Notes under the pieces: generated by a model | The model's database searches: none | Told to the model about the DNA's origin: nothing | The model's input: only the letters and a program-made list of their open reading frames with translations | Assembly: GCA_964016885.1 (NCBI GenBank) | Contig: CAXHJY010000252.1 | Location: 1 to 64,000 of the forward strand | DNA: 64,000 bases | Direction: 5' to 3' | From: Eledone cirrhosa | Lineage: Eukaryota | Translations under genes and position numbers: made by a program | Shown: piece after piece, positions 1 through 14,038 of the stretch | How the letters are laid out: each line of letters opens with the position of its first letter | How positions within the stretch are numbered: position 1 is the first letter of the stretch

Positions 1-123
1 GGTGATGAAGGACTAGTGTCCGAAACGTTAAGACGCTCTTCCTGCTATTTCAAGCGTTAAACTAATATATTTCTTCCATATACTGTACCGTTTGTTTTGT
101 TATTTTTGTTAATACCTTTACAT
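1..123 (+). mobile_element. HHR-bearing PLE/retrozyme-like fragment, family A, cut by the window edge
   Basis: gTGATGA-a-ggac/tagt/gtcc-GAAA-cg-TT-aaga followed by a tail ending in (TA)n. Homologous to 55594-55730(-), 55420-55493, 25590-25660 and more distantly 15910 and 24880. Confidence 0.7.
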
Positions 124-157
<34 letters not shown>

Positions 158-218
158 GGAACGAGTAGGACTCCGACGGCTGAGCTCAAGCCGTTTCGAC
201 GGCTAATTCTGGACGCAG

Positions 219-270
<52 letters not shown>

Positions 271-273
271 CTG

Positions 274-967
274 CGTTATAGTCGCATATATGTTATAGAA
301 TGCCGTTAGCTTCTTGCTAAAACAATCTCTATACCTCTCATTTATATTTATACTCGGATTCTTTTCCTAGAGTGCTTAAACTATCTGTGACTAATCCCGG
401 TTTTTTTCATAAAAACTGTGATAATATTGCTATTTTGCTGAACTCCTTTGTAGAGTTTTTTTCAGAATGTATTTGACTGCTATTTCTTGTAAATAAACAT
501 TCACTTCCATCCTGACGTCACTAGCCCCGTTTTTTCCTCATGTGCTTTTTCATAAATACACATGAAGGCGAACTAGCCAGTTTTAGAATTCCCTTTTTCG
601 GATTATATTACTGTGAGAGCCCTGGTTTTCTGTTGAGCTCTGCTGATGATTGAAATTCCAACCGTGACCATCTCCACTGAAAGTTTTCATGAAATAGTCT
701 TTTAAGACTATACAGAGCATTTGATGTTATTCCAAATTGAAGGATAAGTGTTTCAAACTTTATTTTATCATGAGTTAAAGGTCTATAGATTTTCCCTGGA
801 TTTTACTAAATTCTGTGGATGAATTTATATCCTGATTCTCTTTTGAGATGAGTTTGAGTTATTTTTCCTAAATCTTTCGTTAACTACTTTTCCCATCTTG
901 ACGTTATAGTCGCATATATGTTATAGAATGCCGTTAGCTTCTTGCTAAAACAATCTCTATACCTCTC

Positions 968-970
<3 letters not shown>
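274..970 (+). mobile_element. Complete 628-nt non-coding HHR monomer with about 67 nt terminal redundancy (retrozyme-like)
   Basis: 274-340 recurs at 902-968 (period 628). One HHR inside, no ORF, 3' end runs into (TA)n. A 5'-truncated copy at 4737-5062 has the same 3' end. Confidence 0.75.
637..718 (+). ncRNA. Type I hammerhead ribozyme
   Basis: Stem I gctctg/cagagc, core CTGATGA 643-649, stem II base tgaaa/tttca, GAAA 691-694, stem III tagtctt-tt-aagacta, predicted cut after A712. Confidence 0.8.
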
Positions 971-1023
<53 letters not shown>

Positions 1024-1026
<3 letters not shown>

Positions 1027-1133
1027 ATACATTAACAGAGAAAGCTTTAAGCAATACTCCGACCGGCTCCCGTCTCACTCAACAAACATTAGGATATACC
1101 TTAGTATAATCCCAATTATACGTTTGGGGTGCT
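1024..1133 (-). mobile_element. 3' tail fragment of HHR family Y
   Basis: Reverse complement is homologous to 59770-59882, and it is flanked by (TA)n. Confidence 0.6.
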
Positions 1134-1300
1134 ATATATATATATACATATATATATATATACATATATATATATTTATATATATATGTATGTATATATA
1201 TGTATACATATATATGTATATATGTATACATATATATATATATATATGTATATATATATGTATATATATGTATATATGTATATATATATGTAAATATATG

Positions 1301-1331
<31 letters not shown>

Positions 1332-1360
1332 GTATATATATATATATGTATATATGTGTC

Positions 1361-1405
<45 letters not shown>

Positions 1406-1481
1406 GTGTGTGTATATATATCTATATCTATATATATATATATATATTAAAAAAAAAATATATATATATATATGAAACACA

Positions 1482-1640
1482 ATTTAATATAGAAATGGCT
1501 TCTACAAGACTAGAACTGTTTCATTCGAAGGAAATCATCAGGAAAGCTTTCCTGGTGATTTCTATATTAAATGTTGTATACACTCTCCTAATGTATTGAG
1601 TACCTTACTGTGGTTACTCTCGATTGAAGCCTTTGATTAA
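1482..1640. mobile_element. Family E HHR fold-back insertion, partly deleted
   Basis: Minus-strand HHR 1498-1547: gctttc-CTGATGA-tttccttcgaat-GAAA-cag..ttg-TA-gaagc. Symmetry centre AAGCTT near 1546. Tail shared with 26298-26355 and 60264-60335. Confidence 0.75.
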
Positions 1641-1780
1641 ATGAAATATACTTATCCAAGTACCCTGGGCAATGTAGTTTCAGAATATATATGGTTATGG
1701 GGTCTATCTCTAAAACCACAGGAGGAGTTCGTGAACAAACAAACAAACTGACAGGAACTACAACTTTATATATATATATA

Positions 1781-2049
<269 letters not shown>

Positions 2050-2326
2050 GTGTGTGTGTGTGTGTACGTACACACACCTTTTTTTTTATTCAAATGAACG
2101 CTATTTTATCGTGTTCTGAAAAATTAAACCTGGAAACCAAACTAATGCGATAAGATGGTGGCCAGCAGACGATCGTTGAAATCTCGCGATAAATTCTTCT
2201 TCTAATGCTTCGGATTAAGTAACGGATATTTTGGATTTGGGATGGATATCAGGATATCAGAATATATCTAGATATCACGATACGTCTGTATCTGTATCTC
2301 CATGGAAGATTACTTTCTGAATGTTT

Positions 2327-2394
<68 letters not shown>

Positions 2395-2448
2395 TCCTCT
2401 TCCTCTTGTTTCTATCATCTTCTACACCTACCAACCCCTCCCCTCTTT

Positions 2449-2501
<53 letters not shown>

Positions 2502-2608
2502 CTATCCTTCTTACACTTTCCCTTCTCTATCTTTCTCTAGATACACTCATTAATCACACTCCATTTCTCTCACTCGTGCCGTATGTCTTTATGTCTGTCT
2601 GTCTCTCT

Positions 2609-2657
<49 letters not shown>

Positions 2658-2681
2658 TGTGTATATATATATATATATATT

Positions 2682-2722
<41 letters not shown>

Positions 2723-3075
2723 GTTTATATATATATTTGTATGTATGTGTATATATATATATATATAAATATATACATACATACATATATACATATACAC
2801 ACATAATATATATGACCTTGTATAATTGTATCCCTGGGTTTGTTTTATTTGTGTTGAACTATATATATTCATATATTCCTACCCCCCCCCCCCACACACA
2901 CACACCCACACACACACACACACGCGCGTATACATAGCTCTAAGTACAAGGTGTACACCCTCAGCTATTGTATGTAGTCAAAACATGTGCTGCCTCCTTT
3001 TCGCAATGATGTTTGTTTTGTTACGAAAGACATCGTCTGAGAATTTCAAGTTCTGTTGAAATAGAATTAGAGAGT

Positions 3076-3862
3076 GGATAGATTTAGTTATACATCTGGC
3101 ACCTACACTCGCCTGCTTCAACACATTCAGAACAAAAGCTGGCGACATCTGACTTCGAGAGAGATATATGCCGCCCTCCCACGCATATCTGTCGTAGTAC
3201 GTAAAAGGAGAGTAAGATTTGCTGGCCACTGCCATCGTGCCACCAATGGGGGCTGTGTCCCCATTGGTGCTTTGGAAACCACAAGCAGTCACTAATAACA
3301 GGGGGTGCAAGCTCTCCTATCCCGACTTACTGGCCACTACTATTCTGTCACCTATGAGGCTGTGTCCCCCATTAGTGCTTTGTAAACCACAAGCAGTCAC
3401 TAATAACAGGGGGTGCAAGCTCTCCTATCCCGACTTACTGGCCACTACTATTCTGTCACCTATGAGGCTGTGTCCCCCATTAGTGCTTTGTAAACCACAA
3501 GCAGTCACTAATAACAGGGGGTGCAAGCTCTCCTATCCCGACTTACTGGCCACTGCCATCGTGCCACCAATGGGGCTGTGTCCCCATTAGTGCTTTGGAA
3601 ACCACAAGCAGTCACTAATAACAGGGGGTGCAAGCTCTCCTATCCCGATTTTCTGGTCACTGCCATGGTGTCACCTATGAGGCTGTGTCCCCCATTAGTG
3701 CTGTGGAAACCACAAGCAGTCACTAATAACAGGGGGTACAAGCTCTCCCACCCCGATGTCATCTCCAGAGATTCTGGTGTTGAAATCCAGGACTTGTCAA
3801 CGGCAATGAACGACAGACCCACGTGGAGATCAATTGTTGAGTCGATTTCGGCTGAGGCCGCC

Positions 3863-3907
<45 letters not shown>
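3076..3907 (+). mobile_element. RTE-clade LINE 3' end with (GAT)n tail
   Basis: Translates as GTYTRLLQHIQNKSWRH...RRVRFAGHCHR...LVLWKP...AMNDRPTWRSIV, a typical RTE C-terminus, then (GAT)n 3865-3907. Confidence 0.85.
3223..3760 (+). repeat. 108-bp tandem repeat, about 5 copies, inside the RTE remnant
   Basis: tgg(c/t)cact recurs at 3223, 3331, 3439, 3547 and 3654. Confidence 0.9.
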
Positions 3908-3908
<1 letters not shown>

Positions 3909-3949
3909 ATATCGCTATTGCATTTTCAGCTAGTTTAATTTAAAGAAAT

Positions 3950-4215
3950 ATCGGGGAATTGTCCGTCGAGATCTCAGGCGTACTTGGAACCCGTACTGCC
4001 GAGCTCCTCCACAAGATCGGAACGTCGGCGGCCCTTCTGGGAGAAGGAGTCTCGCGAGGTGGGATGGCTGTTGCAGCAGGTGTCGCTGGCCATTGTCCAC
4101 TAGACGCAGCCCCATTTACCACCGCGCCCTAGTCCCAGAGCCCAATCACCCCTTCCGTCTCTCTCCCCATTCTTCTGTGACGCTAGAGCCCTTGTTTTTC
4201 CCGCTAGAGCCCTTC
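3950..4215 (+). mobile_element. CRE-clade-like non-LTR retrotransposon C-terminal remnant
   Basis: LSVEISGVLGTRTAELLHKIG..., then after a frameshift REVGWLLQQVSLAIV, resembling the CRE endonuclease end (PLAVETxG..G...LxQRLSxAIxRGNA). Homologue at 51790-52062(-). Confidence 0.6.
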
Positions 4216-4255
4216 CTTTTCCGTTTTTTTTTTTTTAAATTTAAAGAATGAATGT

Positions 4256-4541
4256 CTCAGGAAAGAATCACTGGACAGATTTTAAGGGCAAAACCAGCAG
4301 ACAGAAGACCCAGAGAAAGGTGGTTCGATAAAAAACCTTGAGCTCGTCTGGTCGGGCTTGGGCATCCAGCCGGATCAATTGGAGACGGTAGCTTCTGACA
4401 GGACCCACTGGAAGGGGTATTTGAGGACTCTGCCCCCTCCACAACCCAATCTTCCTTGGAAGAAGAAGACTGAAGAATGAAGGAGGAGAAGGGGAAGAAG
4501 AAGAAGACTGAAGAATGAAGGAGGAGAAGGGGAAGAAGAAG
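4256..4541 (+). mobile_element. RTE (Expander-like) LINE 3' end with GAA-rich tail
   Basis: QILRAKP..RRPRERW..LGIQPDQLETVASDRTHWKGYLRTLPP. Homologue at 51450-51720(-). Confidence 0.7.
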
Positions 4542-4676
4542 ATTCTTACATAAAACTATGATGGAAGGGTCTTAGATAAATAACATTTTAAAAACTCTTT
4601 GTATCATACAAGGAGCGATATTGAGTACTCTGGTTGCGTTATGGTCCATTTGGTTCCTTACCTCAATTCCTTTGTT

Positions 4677-4736
<60 letters not shown>

Positions 4737-5058
4737 GACGATTGAAATCCAACCGTAACCATCTCCACTGAAAGTTTTCATGAAATAGTTTTTAAGACTA
4801 TACAGAGCATTTGATGTTTTTCCAAATTGAAGGATAAGTATTTTAGACTTTATTTTATCATGAGTTAAGGGTCTATTGATTTTTCCCTGGATTTCACTAA
4901 ATTCTGTGGATGAATTTGTATCCTGACTCTCTTTTGAGATGAGTTTGAATTATTTTTCCTACATCTTACGTTAACTATTTTCCCCATCTTGACGACATAG
5001 TCGCATATATGTTATAGAATACTGTTAGCTTCTTGCTAAAACAATTTCTATACCTTTC

Positions 5059-5062
<4 letters not shown>
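4737..5062 (+). mobile_element. 5'-truncated copy of the 628-nt HHR element
   Basis: Aligns to 644-970, begins inside the HHR core (TGACGA), and is flanked by (TA)n on both sides. Confidence 0.8.
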
Positions 5063-5106
<44 letters not shown>

Positions 5107-5163
5107 GTATGTATATATATGTATGTATACGTTTGCTATTGTAATTTAAATCTCTTAAAATAC

Positions 5164-5699
5164 CTGGTCACTGCTGCTACGTGTGTTGGGTGGGGGTGGG
5201 GGTGTGCTGTCGGTGTTGTTGTTGTTGGTGGTGGTGGTGGGGCTGTTGTTGGTGGTGGTGGTGCTACTGTTGGTGGTGGTGGTGCTGTTGTTGTTGGTAG
5301 TGGTGGTGGTGGTGGTGGTGGTGCTGTTGTTGTTGGTAGTGGTGTTGGTGGTGGTGGTGTTGTTGTTGTTGTTGTTGGTAGTGGTGGTGGTGGTGGGGGT
5401 GGGGCTGTTGTTGGTGGTGGGGGTGCTACTGTTGTTGTTGGTGGTGGTGGTGTTGTTGTTGTTGGTAGTGGTGGTGGTGGTGGTGGTGGGGCAGTTGTTG
5501 TTGGTGGTGGTGGTGCTACTGTTGTTGTTGTTGGTGGTGATGGCGGTGGTGGTGTTGTTGTTGTTGGCGGTGTTGTTGCTGTTACTACTGGTGGTGGTGG
5601 TAGTGGTGGTGGGGCTGTTGTTGTTGGTGGTGGTAGTGTTGCTGTTTCTACTGGTGGTAGTGGTGGTGGGGTCCCAGTCGGCTACAGTTACACGTAGAA
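5164..5699 (-). CDS. Candidate exon encoding a Thr/Asn-rich low-complexity segment
   Basis: Acceptor tttaaaacag| and donor CAG|gtattt. Open frame LRVTVADWDPTTTT...NTDSTPPPPPNTRSSSDQ. No homology recognised. Confidence 0.3.
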
Positions 5700-5809
5700 C
5701 TGTTTTAAATGGAGCTATTTATCTACGAAACTTTTCCACGTTGTCTCATTAGCGAACAAACCAATCTAGATTGGGAAACAGATGTCTATATATATATATA
5801 TGTTGGTGT

Positions 5810-6490
5810 GTGTGTGTAGGTACATACGACGTATGTACCTACGTGTGTGTGTGTGTGTGTGTGTAGGTACATACGTATGTACGTACGCGCGTGTGTGTGT
5901 AGGTACATACGTATGTACGTACGTGTGTATGTATGTGTGTGTGTGTAGGTACATACGTATGTACGTACGTGTGTGTGTGTGTGTGTGTGTAGGTACATAC
6001 GTATGTACGTACGCGCGTGTGTGTGTAGGTACATACGTATGTACGTACGTGTGTATGTATGTGTGTGTGTGTAGGTACATACGTATGTACGTACGTGTGT
6101 GTGTGTGTGTGTGTGTGTGTAGGTACATACGTATGTACGTACGCGCGTGTGTGTAGGTACATACGTATGTACGTACGTGTGTATGTATGTGTGTGTGTGT
6201 GTGTAGGTACATACGTATGTACGTACGTGTGTGTGTGTGTGTGTGTGTGTAGGTAAATACGTATGTACGTACGTGTGTGTGTGTGTGTAGGTACATAGGT
6301 ATGTACGTACGTGTGTGTGTGTGTGTGGGTACATACGTATGTACGTACGTGTGTGTGTGTGTGTGGGGTACGTACGTGTGTGTGTGGGGGGGGGGGTACG
6401 TACGTGTGTGTGTGTGTGTGTACGTATGTACGTACGTGTGTGTGTGTGTGTGTGTGTGTGTACGTACGTATGTACGTACGTGTGTATGTA
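5810..6490. repeat. Compound minisatellite (GT)n-aggtacatacgtatgtacgtac
   Basis: The unit recurs many times with variable (GT)n length. Confidence 0.9.
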
Positions 6491-6672
6491 TGTATGGATG
6501 CATGTATGGATGCATGTATGTTTGTATGTATCTATGAACATATATATGTGTGTACGTACGATTGTATGGATTATACATTAAATATGCATATATATATATA
6601 ATTACATAATAAACAACACAATATAATATAATTCCATTACAAAAGGTTTCAGGAAAACAGATATATATATAC

Positions 6673-7954
<1,282 letters not shown>

Positions 7955-8022
7955 TATATATCTGATATATATTTATCTTTATTGAGCCCTCTTTGGATTT
8001 TAGTCTTCAAATTTATTATTAT

Positions 8023-8069
<47 letters not shown>

Positions 8070-8771
8070 GTTTAATATAAAAATGGCTTCTACATTTGAT
8101 TGAACCCGGGATATATATACATATATATATATATATGATATTCAAAACAACGAACAGCGGAGGACACGTTTCGCACCTTTCCGACAGACAACCCCCCCCC
8201 CCCCCGGAAAAAACCCCAGTAGATGGATGTGAATCCGAAATATATAGGGACAATTAAATCTCTCCCAAGGTAACTCTCTCTCGTGTTGTTATTTTTATTT
8301 TTATCCTTTACGCTCTTTCCTTCATTCCTCTACACTTTACAGTCTTATACACGCCACGCATCTCAACGTACACCCCCTTACATCTCTCTCTCCACCAACG
8401 GATCTTGTTACCCGGAGATTTACCCACCTGCATTGTCGAGGCTTCCAAACGACTTAAAGAAATTTACCTTATTATTCCACAATGCTTCAAGCAAACTTCA
8501 ATACTCTCTTATATCTATATATATATATATATATATATCCCCAAGTATAACAATAAATATATATCTATATATAAATATATATATATATATGAATACATTA
8601 TCGGAGAAAGCTAATAGCGATACTCCGGCCATATATATATACATATATATATATATATGTGTGTGTGTGGGGGGGTGGGGTGTTTGTCTATGTATATATA
8701 TATATATATACATACATACATAGACAAACACCCATCACCCCCCCACATATATATATATATGCAAATATGTA

Positions 8772-8914
<143 letters not shown>

Positions 8915-9527
8915 ATATTTATATGCGTATAGATCTCTTTCTCTATATATATATAACTATATAACAAGCAAGGAAACAAACATTTCATGGCACCCCATCG
9001 TTTTTTTTTCCCTCTAAACATTAATTTCAGCTAAGTATCAACTATGGAGATTTAGATGGAGAAAATAGAAACTCAACTCTCTGATCTCCCGTTGCTTAGC
9101 ATTGAGAAATTCATCCGTCGTTGATAATGAAAAAGAAGCAATAAACAGTTTCAAATACAATGCCAACGGGAGACATGCTTTATGATTTATTAAAGTATAT
9201 ATCAAATATTCGCTTCTCTAGACTTCAGTATATATTTCATTATAAATGATTAACTATATAGCTTTTGTTGTTTGTATTATCCGGAGATTGGTCGATATTA
9301 TCATTTTTCTGTTGGTATCTACATCTGAACTGTGGCCATCATATTAAATAAGTCACAATATATCTTTTATAAATCTTTAATATATTTTCTATATATGTAT
9401 GATATATACAGCCTTGATAGAATAGTATTCCTCCGTCTACAGAATCATAGGTTTAGTATTTTCTGACGAGGACGAAATAAAATCTAAAAGTGTCTCAGCT
9501 CCTTCATTTGCCTGGGCTCGAATGTCA

Positions 9528-9943
9528 TCAGCAATGGAAACCTGCCCCCAGAAGCAATGAAGACCTGTCCCCAGAAGCTATGGAAACCTGTCCCCAGGAG
9601 CAATGAAGACCTGTCTCCAGAAGCTATGGAAACCTGTCCCCCAGAAGCAATGGAAACGTGTCCCCAGAAGCTATGGAAACCTGTCCCCAGAAGCAATGGT
9701 GACCTGTCCCCAGAAGCAATGAAGACCTGTCCCCAGAAGCTATGGAAACCTGTCCCCAGAAGCAATGAAGACCTGTCCCCAGAAGCAATGAAGACCTGTC
9801 CCCAGAAGCTATGGAAACCTGTCCTCCAGAAGCAATGAAGACCTGTCCCCCAGAAGCTATGGAAACCTGTCCCCAGAAGCTATGGAAACCTGTCCCCAGA
9901 AGCAATGGTGACCTGTCCCCAGAAGCAATGAAGACCTGTTCCC
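9528..9943. repeat. 23-bp minisatellite, about 18 copies
   Basis: Alternating units cctgtccccagaagcaatgaaga and cctgtccccagaagctatggaaa. Confidence 0.95.
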
Positions 9944-10044
9944 AAGGATCAGTCTAGCCAAAACAGGAAGAAGAGGTTTTACGTTTTCCAGCTTTTGCGG
10001 TTTTGTATTTACAGGTAAGGCTTCTAATTTAAAAACGGTAATAT

Positions 10045-10683
10045 CTATCTCTATCTAGAGCGGGTAAAATTCCCGAGATCTATGGACGAGTTCTCTCCAG
10101 CGGTCTCTTTCCCTCATTGTCGCTGCCATGTCCTTCGTCTCCAAGAGACCAGTGTCTGTCCTTAGGGCATCAACACATGTTAACCTCGGTCTTCCTCTTC
10201 CAGTGTGTCCATGCAGGGGATCCCACAGTAGCACTGAGTGCAGTGTCAACTCTGGATGTCGGTGAGCATGTCCAGCTAACCTCAGTTTCCTCTGAGTCAC
10301 TTTTGAGCTGACTTTTGGGAGGCTCCCGTACAACTCTGAGTTCTTTATCCTCAGTGTATACTGATTAATGTTCAGAGCCATCCTCAGCATTCTCGTGTAG
10401 CACCCAGTGCCAAAGAAGGGAGATCTCTCTAACACCAACAACTACCGGGGGATCTCACTGACGTCACTTGTGGCAAAGACCCTCAACAGGATGATTCTTA
10501 ACAGGATCCAGCCTGAGATGGAGAAGAAGCTCAGGGACAACCAGAACGGCTTCAGAGAAGGAAGATCAACCACCAGTCACATCCTGATGCCGAGGAGGAT
10601 ATTAGAGGGAGCTAGAGCAAAGTGCCTTCCTGCGGTCATTGTTTTCATTGACTTTAGGAAGGCCTTTGATTCTGTGGACCGTC
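10045..10683. mobile_element. 5'-inverted RTE LINE insertion
   Basis: 10055-10405(-) is the RTE C-terminus (GCYTRMLR..RLAGH..GRGRPRLT..DRWRELV). 10405-10683(+) is the RT N-terminal part (PKKGDLSNTNNYRGISL..QNGFREGRST..FIDFRKAFDSV). Putative 12-bp TSD aaac(g/a)gtaatat at 10033 and 10684. Confidence 0.85.
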
Positions 10684-10939
10684 AAACAGTAATATACAGG
10701 TATATAATATACAGGTATTTAATAGAAAGGGTAATATACAGATATATTTCACCCTTCGTCGTCAATCCGCTCCAGAAGTCATGGCTTATGTCGAATTAAC
10801 CCCCTATAAACCCCTAACAGGCATTCCCTACATTACTTTATGCTGCATACTTTAGCATTTATTTAAATGGGATTTTATGTTTTTATTGTTTTTTTTTTGT
10901 GGAGTTTTTGTGGTTTAACCCTTTAGCATTTACATTACA

Positions 10940-11085
10940 GTGAAGGCACATGGCTTAGTGGTTAGAGCATTGGGCTTGCAATCGTGAGGTTGTGAGTTCA
11001 ATTCTCGGACCGGGTGATGTGTTGTTTCCTTGAGCAAGACACTTTATTTCACATTGCTCCAGTTTACTCAGCTGTAGAAATGAGA
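10940..11085 (+). mobile_element. tRNA-derived SINE
   Basis: A-box tggcttagtgg, B-box gagttcaattc, body ccttgagcaagacacttt. Truncated relative at 20075-20166. Confidence 0.8.
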
Positions 11086-11355
11086 TGATAGGGACTGGGG
11101 TCCCTATCATTAAATTACCCAAGACACCTCCAACGAGATATACCTTGGAGGAGGCCAGCTAAACCTGCTGTGTGAGCTGTCACAACAACAACATTTAGAT
11201 TACTCTCTATATACACTATTGTATTTTTGTGATAAAGGCTTTATCCCACATAATTTTCTCACATAATATCAAATCTACGAAATTTCGATGTTTTTTATTT
11301 TGAGAAGAATACCTTAGCGTCAGTATGAGTGGCCAGTTATAGCCAGTTTAAACAG

Positions 11356-11639
11356 AAAGAGTTGAGAGAATTATGGTCGGATACGGGTTAATATTTTTGG
11401 CAGACTGACATAAATCTGAGTGAATCTACATAACGTGAGGTTCATTTTTGCCATACACTATTAAAAAAAATCCCCACCGTAACTTCTAAAATAGCGAAAC
11501 TCAAAACATCGTAAGCCCAGGTATATTAAAGTCTTTGTAGAGTTTCTTATTTTTGCTTCTGCCAATATATTTTCTTTGGTAGTTCGTCTTGTGTATGTGT
11601 ATGTATATATATATATGTATATGTATGTATATATATATA

Positions 11640-11686
<47 letters not shown>

Positions 11687-11739
11687 ATGTATGCATGTGT
11701 GTGTATATATATATATATATGTGTGTGTGTATGTATGCA

Positions 11740-11772
<33 letters not shown>

Positions 11773-12013
11773 GGAAAAAAGATGAAATCGAAAATGTAAC
11801 TGGAGTCTTATTTAAAAAAATATATATATATATTTTTTAAAAATAAGACTCCAGTTGCATTTTCGATTTCATCTTTTTTCCTTATACTTTTACTCGTGTA
11901 GGACACCTCGGTTATTTTTCATTTTGTAAAAAAACCTCACTTTCTAATAATATATATATACTCTTTTATTTTTTTACCTGTTTCAGCCATCCGGCTGAAG
12001 CCATGCTGGGGCA

Positions 12014-12084
<71 letters not shown>

Positions 12085-12372
12085 AATATATATACATTCA
12101 TAAATATATGAGGGGATTTCTCGTCGATTCGATGAAAGAGTTGAGAGAATTCTGGTTGGATACGGGTTAATATTTTTGGCAGACTGACATAAATCTGAGT
12201 GAATCTACATAACGGTGAGGTTCATTTTTGCCATACACTATTTAAAAAAAAATCCCCACCGTAACTTCTGAAATAGCGAAACTCAAAACAACGTAAGGCC
12301 AGGTATATTAAAGTCTTTGTAGAGTTTCTTATTTTTGCTTCTGACAATATATTTTCTTTGGTAGTTCGTCTT
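11356..12372. repeat. Local direct duplication of about 235 bp (11356-11590 and 12133-12372)
   Basis: Near-identical segments separated by TA tracts and inserts. Confidence 0.85.
11770..11950. mobile_element. Fold-back insertion (about 50-bp arms) plus one-sided tail in (TA)n, no HHR visible
   Basis: aaggaaaaaagatgaaatcgaaaatg..ttattt is mirrored at 11838-11884. Confidence 0.65.
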
Positions 12373-12643
12373 CCATGATTTTATCCAATACACCCACAAA
12401 TGCGAACAAAGATGCATTGTTAATTCTATATTCCCTATTCTTGGTACATTGCCAGACTAGTGAATTCTGCTTAAAGCTCGGCCTTCTCTTATCCAACGTG
12501 AATCAAACTGAATAGTCGCAGTAAGAATATAAGATTTTAGTTGCTTGATCATCTGTTAACATAACGCAACGCTAACATAACGTAACGCCATTGTTTTAAT
12601 CGCACACATATTTATATATGTATGTATATGTGTGTATATATAT

Positions 12644-12732
<89 letters not shown>

Positions 12733-12751
12733 GTGTGTGTGTGTGTAGAGG

Positions 12752-12967
12752 CTATATTTAATTTGTTGGGAAACAACAAGCAAAATATCCAGGAGATTCC
12801 AACCAGAATGGTTGCATTTTTTCAGGTTATGTCAATATTTATTTATAAAACTAACCTATATTATATTTTATCTGATGAAAGCGCACCATAATTTGCCTTG
12901 GTGGCCCTTGAAATATGTATAATGAAATAAATATAGTTTTATAAATATAGTTTCCATTTGTTAATAT

Positions 12968-12971
<4 letters not shown>
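12752..12971. mobile_element. Family B insertion: inverted tail plus HHR 12865-12928(+)
   Basis: ttttat-CTGATGA-aag..acca/tggt..ctt-GAAA-tatgta-TA-atgaaa. Relatives at 25345, 31280, 32778, 47820, 48124, 48580, 54368, 55143, 61372 and 63362. Confidence 0.75.
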
Positions 12972-13060
<89 letters not shown>

Positions 13061-13061
<1 letters not shown>

Positions 13062-13247
13062 AGTATTGAAATTTCAGTTAGAAACAGAAAAGGTCATAGA
13101 AATGAAGAGTGCTCTATGTCAGTATCAGAGCAAAATTTAATGTATAAAATCAATACAATATTATTACCTCATTACCAGAGGTTTCGTATTCGCCTCATTC
13201 GGGAAACCTCTGGTGAGGTAATAATATTGTATTGATTTTATACATTA
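13061..13247. mobile_element. Fold-back insertion, same family as 54680-54990
   Basis: Inverted arms taatgtataaaatcaatacaatattattacctca..accagaggtttc plus the shared tail gaagagtgctctatgt. Confidence 0.75.
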
Positions 13248-13403
13248 TATATATATATAAAATAGAGGTGTGACACACGAGTTGTGATATATTAGTAAAA
13301 AGGAAAAGAAAATGCTGACACTTTTTCCAGTGAAAAATAGTTAAATTAGGAATAAGTATAAATTAGTAATAAGTAATGGTTAGTATTCAGTGTTAGTTTT
13401 AAG

Positions 13404-13443
13404 TTTTTTACCGGTTGCGCATTTCAAATGCTTTTCAAAAATA
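13404..13443 (-). ncRNA. Minimal HHR-like motif with U3-A8 core and one core mutation
   Basis: ttt-TTGAAAA-gcatt tga aatgc-GCAA-CCGG-TA-aaa. Confidence 0.5.
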
Positions 13444-13679
13444 ATTTTGAGATAGAGCGTTCGTGATTTGGTTGGTTGTTGAATGTCACGTGAATAAGCA
13501 CTATAATTTTGATTGGTCGGTAGAAGTGACGTGAATGTTCAATAATAAAAGAGGTGAAATGATGTATAGTATTGTCATAACACTAAGGTGTGTGTGAGTG
13601 TGTCCAGATTGTACGTACTGCAAGGGAATCCATTAGGCTCTGCCGTATGGGATACTTGTGGATAGAAATGTATGTAGGC

Positions 13680-13808
<129 letters not shown>

Positions 13809-13928
13809 CGGAATTGTATCGGATTCCAGTTGCTAATCACTTTACTGTGTCGGGTGTCACAAACAGCCATACCCGGCATGGGCCGGTGTTTGGATTCTGT
13901 CGATCGATTGGTTATTGATTAGGCGATA

Positions 13929-14038
13929 CCCGCTGATGAAGCCGCATGCGCCGATTATGCATTGTTGAATAATATATGCAGGCAGAGGGTGCAGTGCACC
14001 CCACTGCTGCATTAGTGCGGCAGAAACTCGAGTCCGGG
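13929..14038 (+). ncRNA. Type I hammerhead ribozyme with large stem II insertion
   Basis: cccg-CTGATGA-a-gccgca...tgcggc-a-GAAA-CTCGAG-TC-cggg. GUC triplet, predicted cut after 14034. Confidence 0.85.

Noticed and set aside
10940-11015. Functional tRNA gene
   Set aside because: A and B boxes are present but there is no clean cloverleaf, and the sequence continues into a SINE body.
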